A DNA stretch of 13,773 nt. Source: Promethearchaeota archaeon (GTDB lineage Archaea; Asgardarchaeota; Lokiarchaeia; Sigyniarchaeales; SOKP01). Numbering within the stretch: the stretch's first letter is position 1; each line of letters starts with the position of its first letter. The stretch spans positions 1 to 13,773 of the forward strand of contig JBHLON010000061.1 in the NCBI GenBank assembly GCA_048940445.1, written 5' to 3'. Below the pieces are notes generated by a model that ran no database searches, was not told where the DNA came from, and worked only from the letters and a program-made list of their open reading frames with translations. This document shows positions 1 to 7,926 of this stretch, in pieces. Position numbers and translations under genes: made by a program.

Positions 1-935
1 TTAAGAAGAGCAAGTAAATTTTCTTCACCTCTCTTAGCTTTTGCATTAATAACTTCCCCTTTAGAAAAAGTTAATGTGAAATCCGAAAAATTATATTGGG
101 AATTTGGCCTAGTAGCAGTAACAACACCTTCAGTTTCATCTTTTAGAGGTAAAGTAAATACTTCTTCAGTGGGTATGTTTGCTACATACTTAATTCCATT
201 TTGTGTTGTAGCTCTTGCACTATGCCAGATATGGTCCTTTGGCAGATAAACTGTCAAATTTGTTCCAGGAGCTACAAATTTCAAAGCTTTATAATGTTTT
301 TGATTTAAATATTTACTCCTGGTTGCAAGCTCTTTAATATGTGATTCCCAAGTAGCAACCGGATCTTCTTCCTTGATTCGACAAATCTCAAAAAGAACAT
401 CCCAGAATTTTTCTTTTCTATTTTCTGGAGGTAGATTGGGGAATACTTTATCTACCCAACCTTCAACTGGAGCCGTAATTATTGTACAATTCATCACATC
501 TTTATGACGTAGATCTAAAAAGGGTTTATAATGTTTACCAAAAGTCCGTCTATATGTAGTAATTAATTCAAAAGGTTGCTTTTCCAATAAATCTGGATTC
601 ATTGCAGCAATTATAAGTATAGCTCCACCGGATTTAGCAACCTCAATTGCTATATCATATCTCCATTTTGGAAATTCTTCGAGAGTATCATTTGGAGCAT
701 TTTGAAACCGAGTTAAGGTCAGTTGTTCATCATCCCACAACACATCAACAAATTTGGCTCCTAGTTGATAAGCCTTTTTTACAATTAAACGTACAAGGGG
801 GTATAATTCAATGGGAGTACCATACCTTAGAAAAGGCGGTCCAATCAACAATTTTTGTCCTGATTGCAAATTAAGTCCTATTTTTAGAATAACATCAGCG
901 TATTTTTCTAAATTTTTTTCAAATTCTAAAGACAA
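1..935 (-). CDS. Aminopeptidase, peptidase family M29 (AmpS/PepS/aminopeptidase T-like), 3' end truncated by the window edge
   Basis: Manual translation of the - strand from TTG at 935 gives MSLEFEKNLEKYADVILKIGLNLQSGQKLLIG..., later VANIPTEEVFTLP (~147-185) and FTLTFSKGEVINAKAKRGEENLLALL at the edge, all in the same frame. NxPTEEVFT and the N-terminal 'LEKYA..I...G.N.Q.GQ' are M29 hallmarks. It is absent from the ORF track because the stop lies outside the window. Confidence 0.92.
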   Translation of the reverse strand, partial: MSLEFEKNLEKYADVILKIGLNLQSGQKLLIGPPFLRYGTPIELYPLVRLIVKKAYQLGAKFVDVLWDDEQLTLTRFQNAPNDTLEEFPKWRYDIAIEVAKSGGAILIIAAMNPDLLEKQPFELITTYRRTFGKHYKPFLDLRHKDVMNCTIITAPVEGWVDKVFPNLPPENRKEKFWDVLFEICRIKEEDPVATWESHIKELATRSKYLNQKHYKALKFVAPGTNLTVYLPKDHIWHSARATTQNGIKYVANIPTEEVFTLPLKDETEGVVTATRPNSQYNFSDFTLTFSKGEVINAKAKRGEENLLALL

Positions 936-1067
936 GAGAACTCATTTTATTACTATAATTTGATTAAAGATATGTAATCCTCATATAGTTAATATAATTT
1001 TATTTTTCTTGAATTAATTTAGGGTATATTTTAATTAGGATAAACTCTAGAAATCTTAGACATAAGA

Positions 1068-1074
1068 TTTAAAA
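1068..1074 (+). promoter_or_regulatory. Candidate archaeal TATA box (TTTAAAA) for the MFS gene, probably a leaderless or near-leaderless transcript
   Basis: TTTAAAA lies about 24-30 nt upstream of ATG 1098, the spacing expected for an archaeal TATA box with transcription starting close to the ATG. The AT-rich background weakens this. Confidence 0.35.
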
Positions 1075-1097
1075 CCAGCGATTTTATCTTTTTAGGT

Positions 1098-2297
1098 ATG
1101 AATCTTTTTAAGAATAAGAGAGCACTTAGTATAACATCTCTCTCTCATTTTTTAAATGATGGAAATTTCACGATATTGTTGCTAATTTATACATATGCTA
1201 TAAGTTCCATTGGCACATCACAATTTCTAATTGGAATTATGGCGGGTTCATTTTTTATTGCTTCTGCAATAGCATCACCTATAATTGGACGTTTTGCGGA
1301 TAAGTTTCAACATCCAACTCGCTTGATTTCTTTTGGTATATTGTTGTGGGGAATAGGCATAATTACGTTAGGGTTTGCTACGAGTTTTGGGATGTTCCCT
1401 TTGATGTTTACGGCAGTTATTATATCGGGATTTTCTTCTGCGTTCTATCATCCCATAGGAGGACTCGTACTTTCATCTACTTATGGAGTTGATGCTGGAT
1501 CGGCATTAGGTTTTAATGGGGCCTTAGGAAGTATTGGGAGGGCTATTTATCCATCGATAACATTATTTATTTTTGAATTTTTTACGGGATCATCTATTGA
1601 TATGGCATATACCCTTTTAATCATGGGTTTAATTTCTTTAATTGCTTCTATTCCCATTTTTACAATTAAAGTAGAATCTAATATTTCTGAAAATGGGCAG
1701 AGCATTAGTAAAGTTGAAGAAGAGAAAACAAAAAAGTTTTCTTCAATGCTTATTCTATTTACAATTATAATGCTTTTTGTAGGGATATTTTTACAAGGAG
1801 TGTTCCAGTTTCTTCCCACGTTATTAGTAAGTACGTTTAATTATAAATATGGAATTGATCTTGGGTTGATATTAACCATCACACTATCAGCTTCAGTTAT
1901 AGGACAACCAGTCTTAGGATTAATATCCGATAAATTTGGTAGAAAATATTCTTTTTTTGGAGCAGTTTTGTCTTCTTTAATTTTCTTTTTTCTGTTCTTG
2001 TATTTCCATTCTCTCGTTTGGTTAACAATTTTTGGTTTTTTTGCATTCAATAGCTTTCCTATGATTTTATCTTTAATAGGAGATCTTTTTCCAAAAAGAA
2101 AGAGAGGTTTTGCAGATTCATTTGTATGGGGTCTGGGAACTTCTGGAGGAGGAGCTATCGGTCCAATTTTAGCAGGTTATTTAGCTGAAATTATAGGACT
2201 AGCTAATGCAATGACAATAGTAACATGTTTGGGTATAATCCCATTAATTCTTATCTTAATCATACCTAATCCTAAAAAAAAAATTCATGAAAATTAG
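1098..2297 (+). CDS. MFS transporter (about 12 TM; Fsr/fosmidomycin-resistance-like subfamily)
   Basis: 399 aa with two hydrophobic 6-TM halves separated by a charged loop. It has MFS motif A-like GRFADKF and GLISDKFGRK, plus N-terminal HFLND and FYHP motifs typical of Fsr-like MFS proteins. Confidence 0.93.
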   Translation: MNLFKNKRALSITSLSHFLNDGNFTILLLIYTYAISSIGTSQFLIGIMAGSFFIASAIASPIIGRFADKFQHPTRLISFGILLWGIGIITLGFATSFGMFPLMFTAVIISGFSSAFYHPIGGLVLSSTYGVDAGSALGFNGALGSIGRAIYPSITLFIFEFFTGSSIDMAYTLLIMGLISLIASIPIFTIKVESNISENGQSISKVEEEKTKKFSSMLILFTIIMLFVGIFLQGVFQFLPTLLVSTFNYKYGIDLGLILTITLSASVIGQPVLGLISDKFGRKYSFFGAVLSSLIFFFLFLYFHSLVWLTIFGFFAFNSFPMILSLIGDLFPKRKRGFADSFVWGLGTSGGGAIGPILAGYLAEIIGLANAMTIVTCLGIIPLILILIIPNPKKKIHEN

Positions 2298-2427
2298 GAT
2301 GATTGAGTGTTTTGATTTAATTGCTTATTGATTCAAAATTACCTCAAATTAAAGATCCTGATTCTTTAGAAAGATTAACCAAAATGAAGATGGAAACAAT
2401 TTATTTTTACTTTTTGAAAAATTAAGT

Positions 2428-3627
2428 TTAAAAGTCGATATCTTTACCTTCAAACGCGTATTTGTAAATGTTTTCGAATTCTGCTTTTGATGGCAACCTT
2501 GGACACATTGAACCGCTGGCATCCTGAAAGCATAAATTAACTAAGGTATCAAGATTTTTATCTAAGTCATCTCTTGAAATACCTAAATCTTGAATCTTTT
2601 CTGGAAAACCTATTTCTCTAATCAAGGCTTTTAACTTTTCAATAACTAAATGAGCAGCTGTTATATCATCATCATCCCACTTAGCCCATCCTAATTGTTT
2701 TGCCATTTTCGAATAGATTTTGACTGTTTTATCGTCCTTATCTTGACTATTCATACAATATTGTGTTACATATTTTAGCATAATTCCCACACATTTTCCA
2801 TGAGGAATGGTAAAAACAGCTCCAAGACAATGTCCTGTGGTGTGTCCAATATGCAAATTTGCATTACCAAATGCTAGTCCTGCCATTGTAGCTGCCTGAT
2901 GCAAATAGTCTCTAGCTTCCTTATTTTTTCCATCATTATAAGCAATAGGTAAATATTTAAAGCTTAATTCAATTGCTTTGGTAGCTAGAGCATCGCTAAA
3001 TTCGTTTTTCCCATTTGCTATCATACTCTCTATGGCGTGTGCTACTATATCCATACCTGTATCCAATGTTAAACTAGGAGGCATTCCTATAGGGAAAATA
3101 GGGTCTAATATTGCATATGAGGGGACTAATCCTCTATGAGCTTGTATTAATTTTTGCCAAACTCCATCATTATACCTTGAAATAACAGCGTCATAAGTAA
3201 CATCAGCTCCAGTTCCAGATGTGGTTGGAATAGCAATAAACTTAGCTTTTTTACCCAAATCGTAGAGATCTTTATTAAAGATATGAAGATCATCTATTTC
3301 ATATTGAGGATATTCATACATTGCCCATATAACCTTAGCTGTGTCGATGACAGAGCCGCCTCCTAGAGCAATAATTAGGTCAGGAGCATAAGTGTTACAT
3401 AATTGTTTGACTTTCAATACAACCTCTTCTCTTGGATCAGGTTGGACTTCATTAAATATGTCAAAAGTTTTTCCCAATTTTTCTAATTTATCTGTTAAAA
3501 TCTTAAGATATCCTAACTCTTTAATCACTCCGTCTGTTATGATGTAACATCTATTTCCCATGATATTTTCTAAAAAATCTAATGCGTCTTCCCCATAAAT
3601 TATATCTGGACTAAAAAAGTACCACAA
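2428..3627 (-). CDS. Iron-containing (group III) alcohol dehydrogenase
   Basis: GGGSVIDTAK and PTTSGTG NAD-binding motifs. Metal ligands lie in GMDIVAHAIE (D,H), HIGHTTGH and PHG. TTG start preceded by a GAAGTGA SD-like sequence. Confidence 0.95.
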   Translation of the reverse strand: MWYFFSPDIIYGEDALDFLENIMGNRCYIITDGVIKELGYLKILTDKLEKLGKTFDIFNEVQPDPREEVVLKVKQLCNTYAPDLIIALGGGSVIDTAKVIWAMYEYPQYEIDDLHIFNKDLYDLGKKAKFIAIPTTSGTGADVTYDAVISRYNDGVWQKLIQAHRGLVPSYAILDPIFPIGMPPSLTLDTGMDIVAHAIESMIANGKNEFSDALATKAIELSFKYLPIAYNDGKNKEARDYLHQAATMAGLAFGNANLHIGHTTGHCLGAVFTIPHGKCVGIMLKYVTQYCMNSQDKDDKTVKIYSKMAKQLGWAKWDDDDITAAHLVIEKLKALIREIGFPEKIQDLGISRDDLDKNLDTLVNLCFQDASGSMCPRLPSKAEFENIYKYAFEGKDIDF

Positions 3628-3680
3628 TTCTATAAATCACTTCTATATTGTTATTAGACTTTTATATTAATTTTAAATTT

Positions 3681-3687
3681 AAAAAAA
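3681..3687 (-). terminator. Possible archaeal oligo-U terminator (T7 on the - strand) after the SCP2 gene
   Basis: A7 on the + strand, 14 nt downstream of the SCP2 stop at 3702. T-runs are frequent in this AT-rich DNA. Confidence 0.25.
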
Positions 3688-3701
3688 TTAGGATTTCTGG
3701 A

Positions 3702-4103
3702 TTATAAAAATTCTGTTGGTACATTTTGAAGGCTATTAACGATTTCCTGAGCAGCTCTTGTGGCTCTCATCAATTTTGCCATATTTCCTACAAGTCTTAA
3801 TTTTCCCGACATTACTCCTTGAATAGTATCTAATTCTTTTTTAGCAATTTTTACCCAGTTATCATATGGTCCAGAAAGCGTAAATTCCACATCCACTTTC
3901 TCACCCTCCTCTAATAATTTAACACTAGTGCATTCTCCATGATAAAGTCCTAGAAAAAATCTAACTTCATGATCTAAGGGACCACTAGGTTCGATTACAC
4001 AGAGCATATCACCTTCCCACCAAGACGCAGCTTCATTATAAGCAGGATTGTCGTTAATAGCCTGTCCAAAAGCATCTAACCATTCTTTTGTCAAAATTTT
4101 CAT
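3702..4103 (-). CDS. SCP2 sterol/lipid-binding domain protein (stand-alone)
   Basis: 133 aa. It shows the N-terminal 'EWLDAFGQAIN...Y...WEGD' and C-terminal 'DTIQGVMSGKLRLVGNMAKLMR' SCP2 signatures. SD GAGGTG lies upstream (4109-4114). Confidence 0.9.
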   Translation of the reverse strand: MKILTKEWLDAFGQAINDNPAYNEAASWWEGDMLCVIEPSGPLDHEVRFFLGLYHGECTSVKLLEEGEKVDVEFTLSGPYDNWVKIAKKELDTIQGVMSGKLRLVGNMAKLMRATRAAQEIVNSLQNVPTEFL

Positions 4104-4181
4104 TCATAAACACCTCAATAATTATATTTTCTAATTTCGCTTTTAAACTATTTAAAATTTTATAGAATTTAACAAAATAAG

Positions 4182-5378
4182 TTAGGTTAAAGTTAAATCA
4201 AGATGGATATCTGTTAAAGGATAAGATACACAGGGATGAATGAATCCAAATTCCTTGTCGACTTCACGGATAGTAACCCAAGGAGGTATAAAAACTTCTC
4301 CAGAGATCAATTTTGTTCTGCATAAAGCACAGTCTCCTGAACGACAGCCATTTTCAATATGGACTCCGGATAATTTTTCACGCTCTATACTATTTAAAAT
4401 TGGTTCTATGCATGAAGATTTAAATTCTATTCTTTCAGTATCACTGCCCTTCCTAAAATCAACTGTTACATTAATTTCTTTTAAAGCATCAACTTCTTTT
4501 GGCCAACCCATAATTTGGGTAATATCATCTGGAATTCCAAATGCTTCATAATACATTTTATGTTCTGGTACCCCTAAGGCTCTCAGTTCTGCTTTAATAA
4601 ATTCATACATAGGACGATTTCCGACAACATAGTAATACTTGTTCTTTATTGATCCTATTTCATTTAATATCTTATCTCTAGTTATGAACCCACATTCTCC
4701 ATTCCAACTAGAATCTGGCTCAGACAATATAAATTTTATTTTAATATTTGATCTTCTGTTTTGTATATCCTCTAATTCTTCTCGGAATAAAATATCCTTT
4801 TCAGTTAAACACCCGTAAATAAGTGAAACTTTTAAAGGCAAAGCTTTCTCAGAAATATTTCTTAGCATTGAAACAAACGGAGTTATCCCACATCCTCCAG
4901 CAATGAATACAAGATCTTTTCCATGAAATAAGGGGTTATAATACAAATTTCCTAGAGGTTCAGTTACTTCATAAATTTCACCTATCTCTACATATTCGAA
5001 CAAGTAGGGACTAACATAGCCTCCTTGTTTCTTTCTAATGCCTAACTCATAATAAGCGAGCTGATTAGGTGATGATACTATTGAGTAAGGACGTGAGGTT
5101 ATAACATTATTAATTTTAACAGTAATTCCTATATATTGACCAGCCCGAAATGGTGCTAAAGGCTTTTTTGGTTTTGCTGATATAAAACGTAATAATTTTG
5201 TATCATGAGAAAGTTCCTCAATATCAGTTAGTTTTAATAATTGATTTCCTGGATGTATCCTTTCACATAAATTTTCTAAACCATCAAAATACCAAGGTGT
5301 CGGTTGAACTTCTTCGCGTGTTTTTTTTAGTTTCTCAGCTTTTTGATACTTCTTTATATCTTCCATCATTTTTACCAT
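4182..5378 (-). CDS. FAD/NAD(P)-binding ferredoxin-reductase-family oxidoreductase with C-terminal plant-type [2Fe-2S] domain (PaaE/KshB/Hcr-like architecture)
   Basis: RPYS FAD motif, GGYVS, IAGGCGITP NAD motif, YEAF, and C-terminal CRSGDCALC...CVS (Cx4Cx2C...C). The true start may be ATG 5369 or 5366, since a GGGAG SD lies within the end of the upstream gene. Confidence 0.92.
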   Translation of the reverse strand: MVKMMEDIKKYQKAEKLKKTREEVQPTPWYFDGLENLCERIHPGNQLLKLTDIEELSHDTKLLRFISAKPKKPLAPFRAGQYIGITVKINNVITSRPYSIVSSPNQLAYYELGIRKKQGGYVSPYLFEYVEIGEIYEVTEPLGNLYYNPLFHGKDLVFIAGGCGITPFVSMLRNISEKALPLKVSLIYGCLTEKDILFREELEDIQNRRSNIKIKFILSEPDSSWNGECGFITRDKILNEIGSIKNKYYYVVGNRPMYEFIKAELRALGVPEHKMYYEAFGIPDDITQIMGWPKEVDALKEINVTVDFRKGSDTERIEFKSSCIEPILNSIEREKLSGVHIENGCRSGDCALCRTKLISGEVFIPPWVTIREVDKEFGFIHPCVSYPLTDIHLDLTLT

Positions 5379-6925
5379 CTCCCTTCAATTTTATCTTTTA
5401 AATAAAGACCTGAAGCAATTCTCCCACCTAGTATCGTGGTAGAAAAACCTCCTCCAAAATTTGTCCATGCACCTACTTGATAAAGCCCAGGAATTGCACC
5501 TCTGCTAGTTAATCTAAATAATGGTCCATTAATGACATCTTGAGTTGTACCATAAATTGCGCCTTCAATATTTTTGGAATATCGGTAATAAGTTAGAGGA
5601 CTCGCAGCTACTGCAACTTCTATGTAATCTCGAATTTCCGGGCATATTGTATTTTCCACTAAGGAGATCATACCATTTGCAATCTCATCTTTAAGTTTGA
5701 AGTATTGATCTGGAGGGACACTTTGCCATAATTTACCCATCTGTAATGTGGTTAATACAAGTTGAGTTGTCCCCGGAGGTGAAATATCCTCATAAATATG
5801 ATTATAACAAGCTGCTACAATATATTTTGGAGCTTCTAGTTTATGAAACATTTCAAAAGCCTCATTCATATCATAGTTATTATTTATGAACGTCTCATGA
5901 GCGGTTAAACCTAAATCTCGATAAGAAGCATTCAATCCAATATAAACCGAGAACCCAGAAGGTCCAATCTCTGGAGCGTAAATCTTCTTTTTGTATTCTT
6001 CAGGAACAACCTCAGAAGGTAACATTTTCATGGCGGTGCATATTGGGTTCACATTAGAAATTAATGCATTACATTTGTAAATATCTCCATTAATAAGTTC
6101 CACACCGCAAACTCTACTATTTTCTACTAATATCTTATTCACCAAAGCGTTATACCTTATTTCTCCACCAAATTTTTCAAATGCTTCGACCATTGCATTT
6201 ACTAGTGAATGTGATCTTCCCAAAGGAAATGCTGCGCCCCATTTTAAATAGAAGATCAACAAAGCAATAAAGGCATATGCATTTAATCTATTTGGTGGTA
6301 ATCCAACATACCCCCAAAGTTGAGATATTAGAGCAATTAACTTCTTGTTAGTAAAGAATTTTGAGTATAGTTCAGATAAGGTGATGCCTGAGACACGTGG
6401 AAGCCAAGGATGCTCTTTAAGGACTTCTTGTGGTTTAAATTTTCCTCTTTTTGAGGCAATATATTCAATTCCTTTTAATACCGCTTCACACATCTCCATA
6501 AATTCTTCTATACCTTTTTTTTCGGAGGGAAAAAGCTCAATTAATTTTTCCGTGTATTCTTCTACACCCAGTGGCATTGTAATGTCAAATCCATCGAGAA
6601 ATACACTTCGATAAAATTCGGGTACTTGTTTAAATTGCAATCTCTCTGGAATAATTTCTAGTCTTTCCAAAAAGCGATACAAACTGCCTTTATTATCTTT
6701 TGTGCCTATATCACTAAGTTCATGAAGTGCTCCTTCAAACTCAAATCTTCCTCTTACGAAAGAAGTGGCAAAACCTCCTGGAACATTATGTTTTTCGAGC
6801 AGTAAAACTTTTTCTCCTCTTAATACCAATTGACATGCTGCACCAAGTCCTCCAAGCCCAGCTCCAATAACTATAACAGGATATGTAGAAATAACTCTAT
6901 TGTTATCATAAATACTATTTATCAT
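5372..6925 (-). CDS. FAD-dependent oxidoreductase, phytoene desaturase/carotenoid isomerase/retinol saturase (CrtI/CrtISO/RetSat) superfamily
   Basis: 517 aa with VIGAGLGGL Rossmann motif, LLEKHNVPGG...GRFEFE, SPLTYYRY...GAIYG and C-terminal GLYQVGAWT..GGG FAD-contact segment. The substrate cannot be determined from sequence. Confidence 0.88.
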   Translation of the reverse strand: MINSIYDNNRVISTYPVIVIGAGLGGLGAACQLVLRGEKVLLLEKHNVPGGFATSFVRGRFEFEGALHELSDIGTKDNKGSLYRFLERLEIIPERLQFKQVPEFYRSVFLDGFDITMPLGVEEYTEKLIELFPSEKKGIEEFMEMCEAVLKGIEYIASKRGKFKPQEVLKEHPWLPRVSGITLSELYSKFFTNKKLIALISQLWGYVGLPPNRLNAYAFIALLIFYLKWGAAFPLGRSHSLVNAMVEAFEKFGGEIRYNALVNKILVENSRVCGVELINGDIYKCNALISNVNPICTAMKMLPSEVVPEEYKKKIYAPEIGPSGFSVYIGLNASYRDLGLTAHETFINNNYDMNEAFEMFHKLEAPKYIVAACYNHIYEDISPPGTTQLVLTTLQMGKLWQSVPPDQYFKLKDEIANGMISLVENTICPEIRDYIEVAVAASPLTYYRYSKNIEGAIYGTTQDVINGPLFRLTSRGAIPGLYQVGAWTNFGGGFSTTILGGRIASGLYLKDKIEGRW

Positions 6926-7022
6926 TAAAGATCATTCTATCAGATAACATTTAAAATTATAGATTTGGCTCTAAATTTTACATTTTAGGAAATAATTTTT
7001 AAAGAATTTCATTAATTATAAA

Positions 7023-7838
7023 TTACTTACCAATAAAATTAGGAGCTCTTTTTTCTTTAAGCGCTTGCATTGACTCATTAAAATCTTTTGATCTAAAAGT
7101 TTTTCTTAGAGCTTTGTTTTCTAAATCGAGAGTATCTGAGATAATTTCTCTAAAATAATGATGCATTGTTTTTTTCATTAATTTTATAGATAAATATGGC
7201 CCTCTTGGAGGAATCAATTTTAGCGCTTGTTCTCTGGTATATGGAATTAATTCATCTGGAGGTAATATTTTATTAACTAAACCAAGTTCGAAGGCTTGTT
7301 GGGCTGTTATTTTATCTCCAAAATAGATAATCTCTTTTGCTCTTTGAAAACCTATGTAAAAAGGTAATATAAAAGTGTTAGCAAATTCTGGAATAATTCC
7401 TCTTTTAACAAAAAAGAATCCAAGCCAAGCATCTTCAGACATATAAATCAAATCAGCTCCCACGAGTGGCATTGTAATACCTCCTCCAATAGCCATACCA
7501 TTTATTGCAACTATAACCGGTTTATTAAAATCCCATAACTTCAAACATAGTTTTTTTTGTGCAATATCCATGATATTTACCTCTGGATATTTTTTCATTT
7601 CTTCAAGCATTTCTGGCTTGAAATAACCTCCAGAAGTAAAAGCATTCCCTTTTGGGTCACCAGTTATTATAAGAACTTTGGCATTTTTGTCTTTTTCCAT
7701 ATCTTCCAAGACAGTGTATATTTCCAAGAATGTGATATAAGTAACAGCATTTCTTATATCTGGTTTTGAAATAGTTACTGTATATATGCCATTTTCTTCT
7801 TTTTCATATAATATATCTTCGAATTCTTCGACATTCAT
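7023..7838 (-). CDS. Crotonase-superfamily protein, enoyl-CoA isomerase-type active-site signature
   Basis: KPVIVAINGMAIGGG, ADLIYMSEDA, GIIPE and ITAQQAFELGLVN motifs. The hydratase glutamates are absent (T122, F143) and E151 is present. Confidence 0.9.
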   Translation of the reverse strand: MNVEEFEDILYEKEENGIYTVTISKPDIRNAVTYITFLEIYTVLEDMEKDKNAKVLIITGDPKGNAFTSGGYFKPEMLEEMKKYPEVNIMDIAQKKLCLKLWDFNKPVIVAINGMAIGGGITMPLVGADLIYMSEDAWLGFFFVKRGIIPEFANTFILPFYIGFQRAKEIIYFGDKITAQQAFELGLVNKILPPDELIPYTREQALKLIPPRGPYLSIKLMKKTMHHYFREIISDTLDLENKALRKTFRSKDFNESMQALKEKRAPNFIGK

Positions 7839-7926
7839 CTTATATTTCTAATATTATCGAATGGATTAAAAATTAATATAATTTAAACTACAAAATTAAA
7901 ATAAAAATAATTTAAGGATTCGCTCT

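Noticed and set aside
647-874. 75-aa + strand ORF
   Set aside because: It lies antisense within the M29 aminopeptidase and has no recognisable motifs, so it is a shadow ORF.
1547-2050. - strand ORFs 1547-1819 and 1841-2050
   Set aside because: Antisense shadows of the MFS gene. The K/N/I-rich composition simply mirrors its T-rich codons.
3671-3684. 14-bp perfect palindrome ttttaaatttaaaa
   Set aside because: It consists only of A/T in a very AT-rich spacer, so it is expected by chance.
5372-6925. Calling this gene crtI and the locus a carotenoid biosynthesis cluster
   Set aside because: No phytoene synthase, prenyltransferase or cyclase is present, the context is CoA-dependent lipid catabolism, and only superfamily membership is supported.
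4240-7769. + strand ORFs 4240-4551, 5198-5401, 6345-6614 and 7557-7769
   Set aside because: All lie antisense to well-supported - strand enzymes and show no protein-like motifs.
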